A stretch of DNA of 64,000 nt from Spirochaetales bacterium. Lineage in GTDB: Bacteria > Spirochaetota > Spirochaetia > JABEVK01. Of this stretch, positions 1 through 9,575 are shown one piece after another (position 1 is the first letter of the stretch; each line of letters begins with the position of its first letter). The notes under the pieces were generated by a model, which was not told where the DNA came from, ran no database searches, and worked only from the letters and a program-made list of their open reading frames with translations. The stretch is taken from assembly GCA_037142615.1 (NCBI GenBank), contig JBAXAI010000021.1, positions 1 through 64,000 on the forward strand. Direction: 5' to 3'. The position numbers and the translations under genes were made by a program.

Positions 1-389
1 GGTAGCCGGAAACTGCAGGCGTAAGCCAGCCGTAGGCTGGCGTCGCCAAGCTCCTTTCGCAACTCCGGTGTGGCCCAGGTGGCAGTTTTCGGCGGTAGCC
101 GGAAACTGCAGGCGTAAGCCAGCCGTAGGCTGGCGTCGCCAAGCTCCTCACGCAACATCGTGGAGGGCCTAGGTGGCAGGTCGCGGGCGCAGCCCGGGAC
201 CTGCAGGCGTAAGCCAGCCTTAGGCTGGCGTCGCCGGGTTCCGCTTTCCCGCCGCACGAAGTGAGGCGGGAAGAGCCCGCTTCGCGGCCCTCCGTCCACC
301 TCACGCAACATCGTGGAGGGCCCAGGTGGCAGTTTTCGGCGGTAGCCGGAAACTGCAGGCGTAAGCCAGCCGCAGGCTGGCGTCGCCAG
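1..389. repeat. Tandem array of ~70-bp multi-hairpin REP-like elements (4 copies; first cut by the window edge)
   Basis: Core CTGCAGGCGTAAGCCAGCC(G/T)(T/C)AGGCTGGCGTCGCC recurs at ~13, ~106, ~201, ~353; units contain GCAGTTTTCGGC-GGTA-GCCGGAAACTGC and CCAGCC-GTA-GGCTGG hairpins. Confidence 0.85.
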
Positions 390-397
390 GTTCCTTT

Positions 398-1606
398 CTA
401 CCGCAGGAGGATGCGAACCAACTCGGCGCGACTGGATGTGCCGGTCTTTTGAAACAGATTGTGCAGGTGGTTGCGTACGGTCGCAGGCGAGATGAACATC
501 GCGACCGCCAATTCCATGGTGCCCAGGCCCTGCAGCAGGTGTTCGGCGGTGTCCCGTTCGCGGGCCGACAAACGATAAAGCCTCGCCGCCGCGTCCAGGC
601 TGCTCTTGGGCCCCAACGCCACCAAAACGCTCGACAACTCGCCAAAACGATTGAACGATGGGGTCAGGCTCAGCAAAAAGGTTCCGTTACCAATGTGCCC
701 AGAAAGCTCTGTCTGCGGCTGCCGGGTACGCGCCAAGTTGGCCCAGGCGGCCTGCAGGTCGCTCCATCCACTCAGCACCTCGAAAATCAACCGCCCGGAC
801 AGGTCGTCTTGGTCCTTTTCCAGAAGGGTAAGCAGGCCGGCGCTGGCCTGACGGAGTACCCCCTGCGGGTCCGCCCACGCCAGGGACTCTTGGAGTTGGG
901 GAAACTGCTGTGACGCCGAGGTATCTCGCCGGAGCAGATCGTAGCGCCGGATGAGCACCACGTAGTTGAGTGCGTAAAAGACGCCCAGAAGCACCGTCGG
1001 TTCGGGGTAGCCCCACTGCAGCCAGACGACAAGTATACAGAAGGTCCCAGCCACAAAAATGAGGAACGAGACGACCACGAGCTGAAGCAGAATGGATCGG
1101 TAGCGGCTCGAAGCGTTTTTCTTCCATGCCCAGACCAGAACCCCCAGCCCTAAGAGTTGGGTCAGATTGTTGCTCAGGCTGTCGAGCACGGGCCAAAAGG
1201 AATCGTGGTTCAGTTCCCCCACGTTGCCCCACACCGTCGTGTGATAGCCGGTGAACAGCCAGGAGCCCGTGAGCAACTGGTAGGCTTCAAACAACGAGAA
1301 GAGGGTGGCCGGAAGCACCAACACCCACACCTTCCAGCCACGGACCCCCGCCAGCACCACGGTGATGGCCATTCCGACCGGATGGTAGGTGAGGTAGGCC
1401 AGCAGCGACCAGCGAAGTGCCCACCAAAAGGCCACGGAATCGGGCGCGGTATAGACGAAGGAGGCCCCCAAGGCCCAAAGAGCGTAGGCGAGCAATCCCA
1501 CGGCCACGATACGGTTGAGGCTCGAAGCCGCGTTCATCGCCAACACAAAACCACAGAGCACAAACGAGATGGCTGCTGCAGCAAGCGACAAACCTGAAAG
1601 TAGCAT
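398..1606 (-). CDS. Membrane-bound LuxR-family regulator (HisKA_7TM-like N-terminus, PAS-like region, C-terminal LuxR HTH)
   Basis: ~7 hydrophobic helices, then LSARERDTAEHLLQG...ISPATVRNHLHNLFQKTGTSSRAEL; start taken at ATG 1606. Confidence 0.8.
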   Translation of the reverse strand: MLLSGLSLAAAAISFVLCGFVLAMNAASSLNRIVAVGLLAYALWALGASFVYTAPDSVAFWWALRWSLLAYLTYHPVGMAITVVLAGVRGWKVWVLVLPATLFSLFEAYQLLTGSWLFTGYHTTVWGNVGELNHDSFWPVLDSLSNNLTQLLGLGVLVWAWKKNASSRYRSILLQLVVVSFLIFVAGTFCILVVWLQWGYPEPTVLLGVFYALNYVVLIRRYDLLRRDTSASQQFPQLQESLAWADPQGVLRQASAGLLTLLEKDQDDLSGRLIFEVLSGWSDLQAAWANLARTRQPQTELSGHIGNGTFLLSLTPSFNRFGELSSVLVALGPKSSLDAAARLYRLSARERDTAEHLLQGLGTMELAVAMFISPATVRNHLHNLFQKTGTSSRAELVRILLR

Positions 1607-1773
1607 GGCGGGCCTCCCGGGAGGCTCCCGGAAGCCCTGAATCGTTTGATCTAATATGAGCAAACTTGTCGGAAATGTCCAATTGAATCACTTGGAGGAT
1701 GGTGGTCGGTTCTCGGATTCGGCTACGGTCACGCAAGCACCACGGTGCAAATTTCCCTCCAAGGAGTCCTTCC

Positions 1774-3354
1774 GTGAAACTCGCATTCCCGCTGCTCTCG
1801 GTTCTCATTGTTTTGTCCCTCGGTGCCTGCTCGTTCGTGTTCGGACCGAGTGGTACCTCGTTGCCCACGCCGACTCCAACCCCCACTCCGACACCGACAC
1901 CAACACCGACCCCTACGCCAACTCCTACTCCGACACCAACACCAATTCTGGTAATTCCGTCGTCGGCCGGGGTCGCCAAGTGGGCCCAGGCGTCCGCAGG
2001 CACGGGTGACAGCTCGTTCCGGGCCGTTGCCCACGACGCCAGCGGCAACCTGTACGCGATCGGGAGCATCGGCACTTCGATGCAGTCGACGGACTATGGA
2101 AACAGCGTCTCGGCCAGCGGTATGGGAAGCACCGCAGTGCTCGTCAAGTACGATTCCGCTGGAGTGGCCCAGTGGGCCAAGACCGTTTCCACCAGCCAAA
2201 TCTTCTTCGAATCCATGGCCGTGGACAGTTCGGGGAACATCTACGTGTCGGGGGACACCTACAACACCTACCCCGTCAATTTCGGCGACGGCATCACCAT
2301 GACGCCCGGGTCGGTGTGGTACAACGCCTTTGTCGTGAAATACAACTCCGCAGGCGTGGTGCAGTGGGCCTCGACACAGACGGTATCCACGTACGGCGAT
2401 TCTGACTTCACGGGAGTCGCCGTGGCCAGCGACGGCAGCGTGGTCGCGGTTGGTTACGCTTCGGGGAACAGCACCTACAACTTCGGGAACTCTGTCACGA
2501 CGGTTTCGCCCAACGCCAGTCTTTTCTACGGCATCGTCGTCCGGTTCGACGCCAGCGGTGTGGCGCAGGCCAGCCAGGTGGCCACCGGCGGCAGCAACGT
2601 CAACTTCACCGGCGCAGCCGCCGACGGTTCGGGCAACGTGTACGTCTCGGGCAACCTCGAAGTTCAGCGCACCTTTGACTTTGGCAACGGGAACACGGTG
2701 GTCACGGCTGACAACCGCACCGCCATGGTGGCGAAGTATAACTCGGCCCTTGTGTCGCAGTGGGTCAAGGTGGCCGCCGGTGGCACCGCCAACTACGACG
2801 CCGTCGCCGTGGACGCTGAGGGCAATGTCTATACTTCAGGCTACATCGGCTACAACGGCACCTACAACTTTGGCGATACGATCAGCGCCGTGGCACCGGC
2901 GAACGCGTACAACCCTGTGGTGGTCAAGTACAGCGCGACGGGCACGGCGCTGTGGGCCACGACAGCCACCACCTCGACTCCTGACGGCGGCGACTCGGAC
3001 CTTTACGCCCTGACCGTCGACGGTAACGGCAACGTGTATGCAGCCGGGTACGTCTGGGGTCAAACCACGCTGCAGTTTGGGGCTTCGGTTTCGATGGTGG
3101 GTGCCTCAGCGAGCAGTTCGAACCCTCTGGTGTTGCGCTTGAGCAGCAGCGGTGTCGTCGACTGGGCCCGAACTGCCACCATCGCGGGGGCCGGAAAGGA
3201 TGACGTGCTGATGGGCATCACCTTGGACGACGCGGGGCACCTGTCGGTGGCCGGCTACCTCAGCGGTGCCGACACGTGGACGTTGGGAACGGGAGTTTCG
3301 CTCACCAACGCGTCGGCGACGCTCAATCGGAGTGTGCTGGTGTCGTACCAATAA
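1774..3354 (+). CDS. Lipoprotein with Pro-Thr linker and SBBP-type beta-propeller repeats
   Basis: AAGGAG RBS before GTG 1774; lipobox SLGAC; (PT)13; repeated VAVD.SGNIYV.G / VVKY.SAGV.QWA units. Confidence 0.8.
   Translation: MKLAFPLLSVLIVLSLGACSFVFGPSGTSLPTPTPTPTPTPTPTPTPTPTPTPTPTPILVIPSSAGVAKWAQASAGTGDSSFRAVAHDASGNLYAIGSIGTSMQSTDYGNSVSASGMGSTAVLVKYDSAGVAQWAKTVSTSQIFFESMAVDSSGNIYVSGDTYNTYPVNFGDGITMTPGSVWYNAFVVKYNSAGVVQWASTQTVSTYGDSDFTGVAVASDGSVVAVGYASGNSTYNFGNSVTTVSPNASLFYGIVVRFDASGVAQASQVATGGSNVNFTGAAADGSGNVYVSGNLEVQRTFDFGNGNTVVTADNRTAMVAKYNSALVSQWVKVAAGGTANYDAVAVDAEGNVYTSGYIGYNGTYNFGDTISAVAPANAYNPVVVKYSATGTALWATTATTSTPDGGDSDLYALTVDGNGNVYAAGYVWGQTTLQFGASVSMVGASASSSNPLVLRLSSSGVVDWARTATIAGAGKDDVLMGITLDDAGHLSVAGYLSGADTWTLGTGVSLTNASATLNRSVLVSYQ
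1864..1944 (+). repeat. Pro-Thr linker repeat, codon-diversified
   Basis: CCN-ACN hexamers encoding ~13 PT units. Confidence 0.9.
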
Positions 3355-3355
3355 G

Positions 3356-3425
3356 GCCAGCAGGTTTGGCAGTTTCCGGGCGGGGCCTGGGAACTGCAAG
3401 CAGTCGCCAGCGAGCACTTGGCGTT
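3356..3425. repeat. Degenerate solo copy of the REP-like element at 1-389
   Basis: CAGGTTTGGCAGTTTCCGGGC-GGG-GCCTGGGAACTGC...GCCAGC...TGGCGT directly after the lipoprotein stop. Confidence 0.6.
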
Positions 3426-3526
3426 CGAAACAGCGAGCTAGATTTTCACTTTAAATCTTCAAAGATTTACTGAATAACCTCGAAACGGTTGAGATATTGT
3501 ATGCGTCCGAAAAAAGGAGCACTGCA

Positions 3527-5620
3527 ATGCCACGACCCCAACGCCGCCTTCCGAAGCCACGCCGCCTTGCCACCCCCAGTCAGCTGCAACTGCTGGAAGT
3601 CCCTTTGGTGCAGCGCTACCTGGCGCAGCCTTGGACCGAGATCCACCTCGAGTTTGCCCTGATCTACCTTTCCAACTCCGAGACCAGGACGGGCCAAAAG
3701 GAATACTTCGACAACACCCCCGAACTTGAGGGCTGTGTCGACAACTCGGTGACGTGGTGGAACTCGCAGGGGCCCAACGATGCGGGCAGAATCAACGCAC
3801 TCAAAACCCTCAGGAGCGAGCTTGAGGTGCGTTGGGCCTCGTTCGACGCGACTGCCCTGGAGTCCGCCGCTGGGTTTGCCCGGGAGTTCCGGGAGTTTTT
3901 CGGCATCAAGGTTGTCCAGTTCGAGCTGTTCCTCACCTACTGCCTGGCCGGTGAACACCTATGCTGGCGAATGTTCGAAGATCGCGAGGGGTTGGATTTC
4001 ACCGATATTGCCCGCGATGTCTGTGGCTTGACCCCCCAAGCGTTCCAGCGCGAAGTTTTCTCTCCTCTGGGCGAGTTACAGACCGTGGGACTGCTGAGCA
4101 CCCGACGGAATCACCTTGGCGGTGAGCGGCGCGTCGAGGTGTACGCCGAGGCCTCGCGGGCGCTCAAGTTCGGCTTTCTCGGCGATTTCGGTCTCGAAGC
4201 TACCGAGGAAGTCCGCGAATGCCTTTTCCCACTCGAGAGTTTCCCGATCAAACCCATCCAGATTGCGTTGCTGAAAACGCTGCTGACAGGCCAGGGGGAC
4301 GCCCGCATTCTGTTCCACGGTGCCCCAGGCGCCGGCAAGTCCAGCCTGGCCGCGCGGATAGCGCAGGAGTGCGGGGTTTCAGTGCGCACGTTCCGGCCCG
4401 AGCATCAGTGGGACGAAGCGCTCACTCACCTTGCGGTGGCCAGCCGTTCCCTGGGGCGGTGCGGCGGCGCGCTCATCATCGACGAGGCCGATCAACTGCT
4501 CAACACCCAAGGGGGCTTCTTCCGGTCGCCCTTCGACAAGGGCGAGGTCAACCGCTTCCTCGACCAGTTGAAAGGGCGCGTCATCTTCATTGCCAATCAC
4601 CTTCAGCGGCTCGACCCTTCCACCTTGCGTCGCTTCGATCTGGTGATCGGCTTCGAGGACCCTTCCCAGTCGAGGTTGCTCGAACTCTGGACGGCCGAAA
4701 TTGCCCGCCACGGCCTGGGGGATGCCGTGCCACCCCGCCAGGTGCAGCGCCTGGCTCGCACTTACCGAACCAACCTGGGCATCGTCAGCCAAACCGCAAG
4801 TCTTGTGGCCAAGCTGCCCCCGGAAGTGCTGGCAGCACACGAGGTTGGCTCCGTGGTCGAAACGATACTAGAAGGACACCAGACTCTTCACGGTCCACGC
4901 ACGGAGGCTCCCGCATCCGAAGCCGAACTGTACGACCTCGAGGTGCTCAACACCTCGGTTCCCGCCCGCCAGTTGCAGGAGGCGGCCCGGCGGAGCCAAG
5001 CCAGCCCCGAGGGCCCCGGACTCAAGCTGCTGTTCCACGGCATCACCGGCGGCGGCAAGAGCCAGTTGGCTCGTTTTTTGGCCGACGACCTGCAACTCCC
5101 ACTCTTGGTCAAACAGGCCAGCGACCTGTTGGGCAGCTTTGTCGGCGAAACCGAGCGGAACATCCGCCTTGCCTTTGACCAAGCTCGGGGTGACAACGCC
5201 GTGCTGGTGATCGACGAGGCCGACAGCTTCCTTCAGGCCCGGCAATCCGGAGGCCGCCGCTGGGAAACCTCGATGGTCAACGAGTTCCTGACCAACATCG
5301 AAAGTTACCGGGGCATCCTGGTGGTCAGCACCAACCTGCTCGACTCCCTCGACTCGGCACTGCTGCGGCGCTTTGCCTTCAAGGTCGAGTTCAAAGCGCT
5401 GACCAACGAGGGAAAACTCCGTTTGCTGCAACGCTACTTTCCCCAGGTCGAGGCTGGGAGCGTTGAGTGGGAGACCCTCGGGCCGCTCACCCCGGGCGAC
5501 TTTGCCACCGTCAAAACGCGGTTGCACTGGACGCCCGAGGTCGATGTGCTGCAAGCCTTGGGTGAGGAATCAAAAGCTCGCGGTCGCGCCACCGGGCAGA
5601 GTCAGCGGGTGGGGTTTTGA
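3527..5620 (+). CDS. AAA+ ATPase with two AAA domains
   Basis: Walker A GAPGAGKS and GITGGGKS, Walker B IIDEAD and VIDEAD, LRRFD/LRRFA arginine fingers; AAGGAG RBS before ATG 3527. Confidence 0.85.
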   Translation: MPRPQRRLPKPRRLATPSQLQLLEVPLVQRYLAQPWTEIHLEFALIYLSNSETRTGQKEYFDNTPELEGCVDNSVTWWNSQGPNDAGRINALKTLRSELEVRWASFDATALESAAGFAREFREFFGIKVVQFELFLTYCLAGEHLCWRMFEDREGLDFTDIARDVCGLTPQAFQREVFSPLGELQTVGLLSTRRNHLGGERRVEVYAEASRALKFGFLGDFGLEATEEVRECLFPLESFPIKPIQIALLKTLLTGQGDARILFHGAPGAGKSSLAARIAQECGVSVRTFRPEHQWDEALTHLAVASRSLGRCGGALIIDEADQLLNTQGGFFRSPFDKGEVNRFLDQLKGRVIFIANHLQRLDPSTLRRFDLVIGFEDPSQSRLLELWTAEIARHGLGDAVPPRQVQRLARTYRTNLGIVSQTASLVAKLPPEVLAAHEVGSVVETILEGHQTLHGPRTEAPASEAELYDLEVLNTSVPARQLQEAARRSQASPEGPGLKLLFHGITGGGKSQLARFLADDLQLPLLVKQASDLLGSFVGETERNIRLAFDQARGDNAVLVIDEADSFLQARQSGGRRWETSMVNEFLTNIESYRGILVVSTNLLDSLDSALLRRFAFKVEFKALTNEGKLRLLQRYFPQVEAGSVEWETLGPLTPGDFATVKTRLHWTPEVDVLQALGEESKARGRATGQSQRVGF

Positions 5621-5657
5621 GTGGACAACTGCCGGGCAAGAACCTAGGCTTGTGCCC

Positions 5658-6518
5658 ATGAATGCCCCAGCGTCTATTCTGTACCTGCACGGCTTTGCTT
5701 CGACGGGGAACGCCACCAAGGCCGAGGAACTGAGGCGAGCCTTCGGTTCGGGCGGCGAAGTGCTGTCACCTACCCTCGATCCCGACCCTGAAAAAGCCTG
5801 GGGGCAGATTTCGCAAATCCTCAACGTTCCCCACGAGCAAATGCCGCTGCTCGTGGTTGGTTCCAGCTTGGGTGGCTTCTACGCCGACTATGCCCGCCTG
5901 CGGTTCAACGTGGCGTGCGTGTTGGTGAACCCTTTGGTCGAGCCGGAGCGTTTGGAGCCTTTTGTGGGCACCAACCGGAACCAAAAGACGGGCGAGCCCT
6001 TCGAGTTCACCCGTAAAGACCTTGATTCCCTGCTTCAGATGAAACGGGAAAAAGAGGCCCTGCGGCGCTCGTTGGCGCCCGCCCTTGTTCTGGTTGCCGA
6101 AGACGATGAGCTGCTTCCCTTCCGCGTCGCCCGCGATCATTACCAGTCGCTGGGCCTTCGCATTGTGACTGTCCCCCAGGGCGGCCATCGGTTCGAGAAC
6201 GCCAAGGCCTACTTGAAAGGAGTCGAAGCCACGCTGCAACAAGGCCTTTTGCATTTTGCGCACAAGTTGAGCTCGGCGCACGAACCGCTCATCCGGTCGT
6301 CCAAAGTCTGTGGTTGTTTCTTCTGCGGCAAACTCTTTGGCCCCGAAGAGATCGTCGACTGGGTCGAGGAGGGGTCGTCGAGGCCGGAGAAACCCGTGCG
6401 AACCGCGCTTTGCCCTTACTGCCCCGTCGACTCCGTATTGCCCGAGAGCCCCAGGTACCGGCTGGACGCCGCGTTCCTGGCCCAGATGCGCGAGGAGTAC
6501 TTTGCAAATGTGCCGTGA
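5658..6518 (+). CDS. YqiA/YcfP (UPF0227) alpha/beta-hydrolase fused to a C-terminal Cys-rich Zn-ribbon domain
   Basis: LYLHGFAS, GSSLGG nucleophile elbow, DDELL, GGHRF; tail CGCFFC...CPYC. Confidence 0.8.
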   Translation: MNAPASILYLHGFASTGNATKAEELRRAFGSGGEVLSPTLDPDPEKAWGQISQILNVPHEQMPLLVVGSSLGGFYADYARLRFNVACVLVNPLVEPERLEPFVGTNRNQKTGEPFEFTRKDLDSLLQMKREKEALRRSLAPALVLVAEDDELLPFRVARDHYQSLGLRIVTVPQGGHRFENAKAYLKGVEATLQQGLLHFAHKLSSAHEPLIRSSKVCGCFFCGKLFGPEEIVDWVEEGSSRPEKPVRTALCPYCPVDSVLPESPRYRLDAAFLAQMREEYFANVP

Positions 6519-6551
6519 CAAAAGGGCTGGAACCGGATTCCGTCGTACTTC

Positions 6552-6609
6552 TACTTCGGGTTATAACCCGAAGTAAATACTTTTCATGTCCTCGATTTCG
6601 GGTTATACT
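6552..6609. promoter_or_regulatory. 24-bp perfect palindrome plus a second half-site upstream of the DUF4143 ATPase (candidate operator)
   Basis: TACTTCGGGTTATAACCCGAAGTA at 6552-6575; TTCGGGTTATA repeated at ~6597. Confidence 0.6.
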
Positions 6610-6629
6610 CCCTAGTGAGGTGGTTCACC

Positions 6630-7829
6630 ATGGTGTCACGACCCGTGTATCTGGAAAAGATCCGACCCTACATCGACAAGCCGCTGGTCAAAGTTCTGAC
6701 GGGCATCCGGCGCTGTGGCAAGTCAACGGTGCTCGAAATGGTCCGCGACGAGCTTCGCTTCCGGGGTGTTGCCGAGCAGGCCCTCGTCTACCTCAACTTT
6801 GAGTCGATGACTCACTCCGAGATCAACACCTCGGTCCGTTTGTACGACTTTGTGCGGGACCGAGTGCAACCCGGCACTCGAACCTACCTCTTCCTGGACG
6901 AGATCCAGGAGGTTGAGGCTTGGGAAAGGGCCATCGACTCCTTTCTGGTGGACTTCGACTGCGACGTGTATCTTACGGGATCCAACAGCCGGCTGCTTTC
7001 GGGCGAGCTGGCAACCTACCTTGCCGGGCGCTACGTGGAAATCCCTGTCTCGACCTTGTCGTACGCCGAGTCGCTCGAGTTCGCGGCGGCCAGGGGGAAG
7101 CAAGGCGACTTCGTGACGTTCCTGCGCCTCGGGGGGTTCCCGGTTCTCCACACGTCGGACTACTCCTTTGATCAAGCCTACCAGATCGTCGGTGACCTTT
7201 ACGCTTCGGCGACCCTGCGTGACATCGTGCAGCGGCACAAGATCCGCAACCTCGCGCTGCTCGAAAAGATCGTGAAGTTCGCCTTCGAGAACGTCGGGAA
7301 CCTTTTCTCGGCCAAGAAGGTGGCAGACTACTTCAAGAGCCAGCAACGCAAGGTCGACATCGAGACCGTTTATGCCTACCTGGCGGCCCTTGAGCAGGCG
7401 TTCATCCTGTACAAAGTGCCCCGCTACAATATCCAAGGGAAGGAGATCCTCGCCATCAACGAGAAGTACTACTTGGGCGATCCCGCGCTCAAGTTCGCGG
7501 TACTTGGCTTCCGCGACCGGGACCTTGGTGGCACTCTCGAAAACTTGGTCTATCTGGAGCTCCGCAGGCGTGGCTACCAGGTTTTTGTCGGGATCATCGG
7601 CGACAAAGAGATCGATTTTGTCGCGTTGCGAAAGGACGAGAAAGTCTACGTGCAGGTGGCCTACAAGCTCGCCGACGAAAACACTGTCGCCCGCGAGTTC
7701 GGGGCCTTTGCCGCAGTCCGTGATCACTACCCCAAGTACGTCGTCACAATGGAGGAGTTCTGGCAGGACAACGTGGACGGTGTCCGACACAGAAACCTCG
7801 CTGATTTTCTGTTGATGGATTCATACTGA
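6630..7829 (+). CDS. AAA_14 / DUF4143 ATP-binding protein
   Basis: LTGIRRCGKS, LFLDEIQ, LTGSNS, GGFP, KYYLGD, ENLVYLEL, EIDFV...YVQV C-terminal nuclease-like motif. Confidence 0.9.
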   Translation: MVSRPVYLEKIRPYIDKPLVKVLTGIRRCGKSTVLEMVRDELRFRGVAEQALVYLNFESMTHSEINTSVRLYDFVRDRVQPGTRTYLFLDEIQEVEAWERAIDSFLVDFDCDVYLTGSNSRLLSGELATYLAGRYVEIPVSTLSYAESLEFAAARGKQGDFVTFLRLGGFPVLHTSDYSFDQAYQIVGDLYASATLRDIVQRHKIRNLALLEKIVKFAFENVGNLFSAKKVADYFKSQQRKVDIETVYAYLAALEQAFILYKVPRYNIQGKEILAINEKYYLGDPALKFAVLGFRDRDLGGTLENLVYLELRRRGYQVFVGIIGDKEIDFVALRKDEKVYVQVAYKLADENTVAREFGAFAAVRDHYPKYVVTMEEFWQDNVDGVRHRNLADFLLMDSY

Positions 7830-7855
7830 CACTCGAAATGGCCTAGACTCTTGGC

Positions 7856-9565
7856 ATGACCAACCACCAACTCCCCCTCGTGGTAGCCCTTGCGGGGCAA
7901 GTTTCTCCCCGCGACAAACTCTTTGCGATTCTCGACCAACTGGCGCGTAACTTTCCCCATTCGCCCTTCTATTTTCTGGCGGTCGACTTTGCCTCGTCGG
8001 GCAGCCCGCTGGAGGCCCTTCTGAAAGCTTGGCCTTCGACCGCTCGAGTGTCGTTCGCCGCGCCGCCGGGCGTGGGCACCCACCCCGAAATCCTGGCCGC
8101 TACCCAGGGAACCTACCTGGTGCGTCACGCCCATGTGATCGTGGCGGTTCACGACGACAGCCCGTCGAGCGCCGTTGGCGACACGCCCTGGTTGCTGGGC
8201 AAGGCCGCTGAGGAATCCTGCTTCGTGTTTGAACTGCTTTCGGACCGCGACTTTGCGCTGTCGTTCTCGGGCGAAGATTCCACCCGAACGTCGGGAACCC
8301 TCGGCAAGCAACTGGACCGCTGGACGAAGCGCCACTACGCCAAACACCCGGCCTTTGCCGCGCTGGTCCGGCTCGACCGCTACAACGCCGACCTGCTCAC
8401 GTTTGACCAGGCGCGGTGGGAACAGGATAACGGTTGGCAAAAGGCGTCAACCTTGGCCACCGAAGCCGCCTTGGCCACCCCTGACCAAAAGCCGCTGCTC
8501 GACATCTTTGTGCACAAGAAGTTCGCCGACGACCTCGCCAACCGCTACAAGGCCTTGCGCGACAAGGCCCTGCGCTTCAACTTGATCGCCGGCATCTTGG
8601 GCGCGGTCTTTCTCAACGTCTACCTGTTCTTTCCCGAGGTTCTCGCCGGGCTGATTCCCGATTTCGCCGTCGGCTTGGTCAGCAAGGGTGGCCTGGCCCT
8701 GTTCGTGTTGCTGAACGTGGTCGGCTACGTGGTCTTTTCGTGGATCAAGCTCCACAGGTGGGAAACGCGGTTTCAAGACTACCGGATGTTTGCCGAACTG
8801 CTGCGGGTGCAATTCCACTGGAGCGACGCCGGGGTGCCGGCAAGGGTGAGCCAGCACCTGAACACGCGCCTGGATGCGGCCCAGGAATGGTTGTGCAAGG
8901 CGTTGTCGTACCTCGACACGGGTCTCCCGGCGCTTCACGAACGGCTGGGGGCCCAGGGTCCGCTCGCTCTGGAAGCAGGCAAGCGGCGCGTCCTGAAAGA
9001 CTGGGTGGAGGACCAGGAAAAGTACTACCGGGGCAAGGTCACCAGCTACTCCAAAAAGAAGTCGCCCTTCGTCCAGTCGGGCTTTTTGGGACTATCGATC
9101 GCGCTGACGGTGCTGGTGGGGGTGTTCTTTGTGGTCTACCTGCCGCAATTGCTGGCCGAGCTCAACCAGAGCGTCTTCACGCGCTTTACCAAACTGGGCA
9201 GCTTTGTCATCAATACGGTGCTCGGCATTGGCACCGCGTTCCGCCTGTACCTGTCGACCCAAGGGTTTGCGGAGCTGTCGGCCGAGTACGAGAACTCCTA
9301 CTCCGACTTTCACAAGGCCCACCTCGCCCTCGAGGCCACCCTCGCCCTGCTTCCCTTGGAAGGCGACCAGGAACAATGGCGTCAGGCCACGACTCTTCTG
9401 GTCGCGGCGGGGCTTTTTGGACACGAGAACTCGGAACCGGGGCTGGTCAACGACCGCGCCGATGCCGTGCTCACCGAGCTGGGCTTGGCGGCGCTGGCCG
9501 AAAACGCCAACTGGCTGCAGCTCAACCGCTCGCGCGAGATTCCCAAGCCGAAGTACACCAAGTGA
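7856..9565 (+). CDS. Membrane protein with degenerate SLOG-like N-terminus and two 2TM (SLATT-like) modules
   Basis: Colinear similarity to the next gene (YRMFAELLRVQFHW, WVEDQEKYY, LGLAALAENANWL); 4 TM segments. Confidence 0.65.
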   Translation: MTNHQLPLVVALAGQVSPRDKLFAILDQLARNFPHSPFYFLAVDFASSGSPLEALLKAWPSTARVSFAAPPGVGTHPEILAATQGTYLVRHAHVIVAVHDDSPSSAVGDTPWLLGKAAEESCFVFELLSDRDFALSFSGEDSTRTSGTLGKQLDRWTKRHYAKHPAFAALVRLDRYNADLLTFDQARWEQDNGWQKASTLATEAALATPDQKPLLDIFVHKKFADDLANRYKALRDKALRFNLIAGILGAVFLNVYLFFPEVLAGLIPDFAVGLVSKGGLALFVLLNVVGYVVFSWIKLHRWETRFQDYRMFAELLRVQFHWSDAGVPARVSQHLNTRLDAAQEWLCKALSYLDTGLPALHERLGAQGPLALEAGKRRVLKDWVEDQEKYYRGKVTSYSKKKSPFVQSGFLGLSIALTVLVGVFFVVYLPQLLAELNQSVFTRFTKLGSFVINTVLGIGTAFRLYLSTQGFAELSAEYENSYSDFHKAHLALEATLALLPLEGDQEQWRQATTLLVAAGLFGHENSEPGLVNDRADAVLTELGLAALAENANWLQLNRSREIPKPKYTK

Positions 9566-9575
9566 GGAGACCGAG

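Noticed and set aside
1-389. CRISPR array
   Set aside because: Units are ~70 bp, linkers are short, uneven and partly reused, and no cas genes are in the window
1864-1944. Phase-variable simple sequence repeat
   Set aside because: Codons are diversified; it is a protein-level PT linker, and the antisense GV-repeat ORF 1287-2075 is its shadow
9129-9575. N-terminal extension of the second SLOG-SLATT ORF (likewise 23272-23925, 50431-50802, 33653-33898)
   Set aside because: Overlaps the neighbouring gene; RBS, signal peptide or homology supports the downstream start
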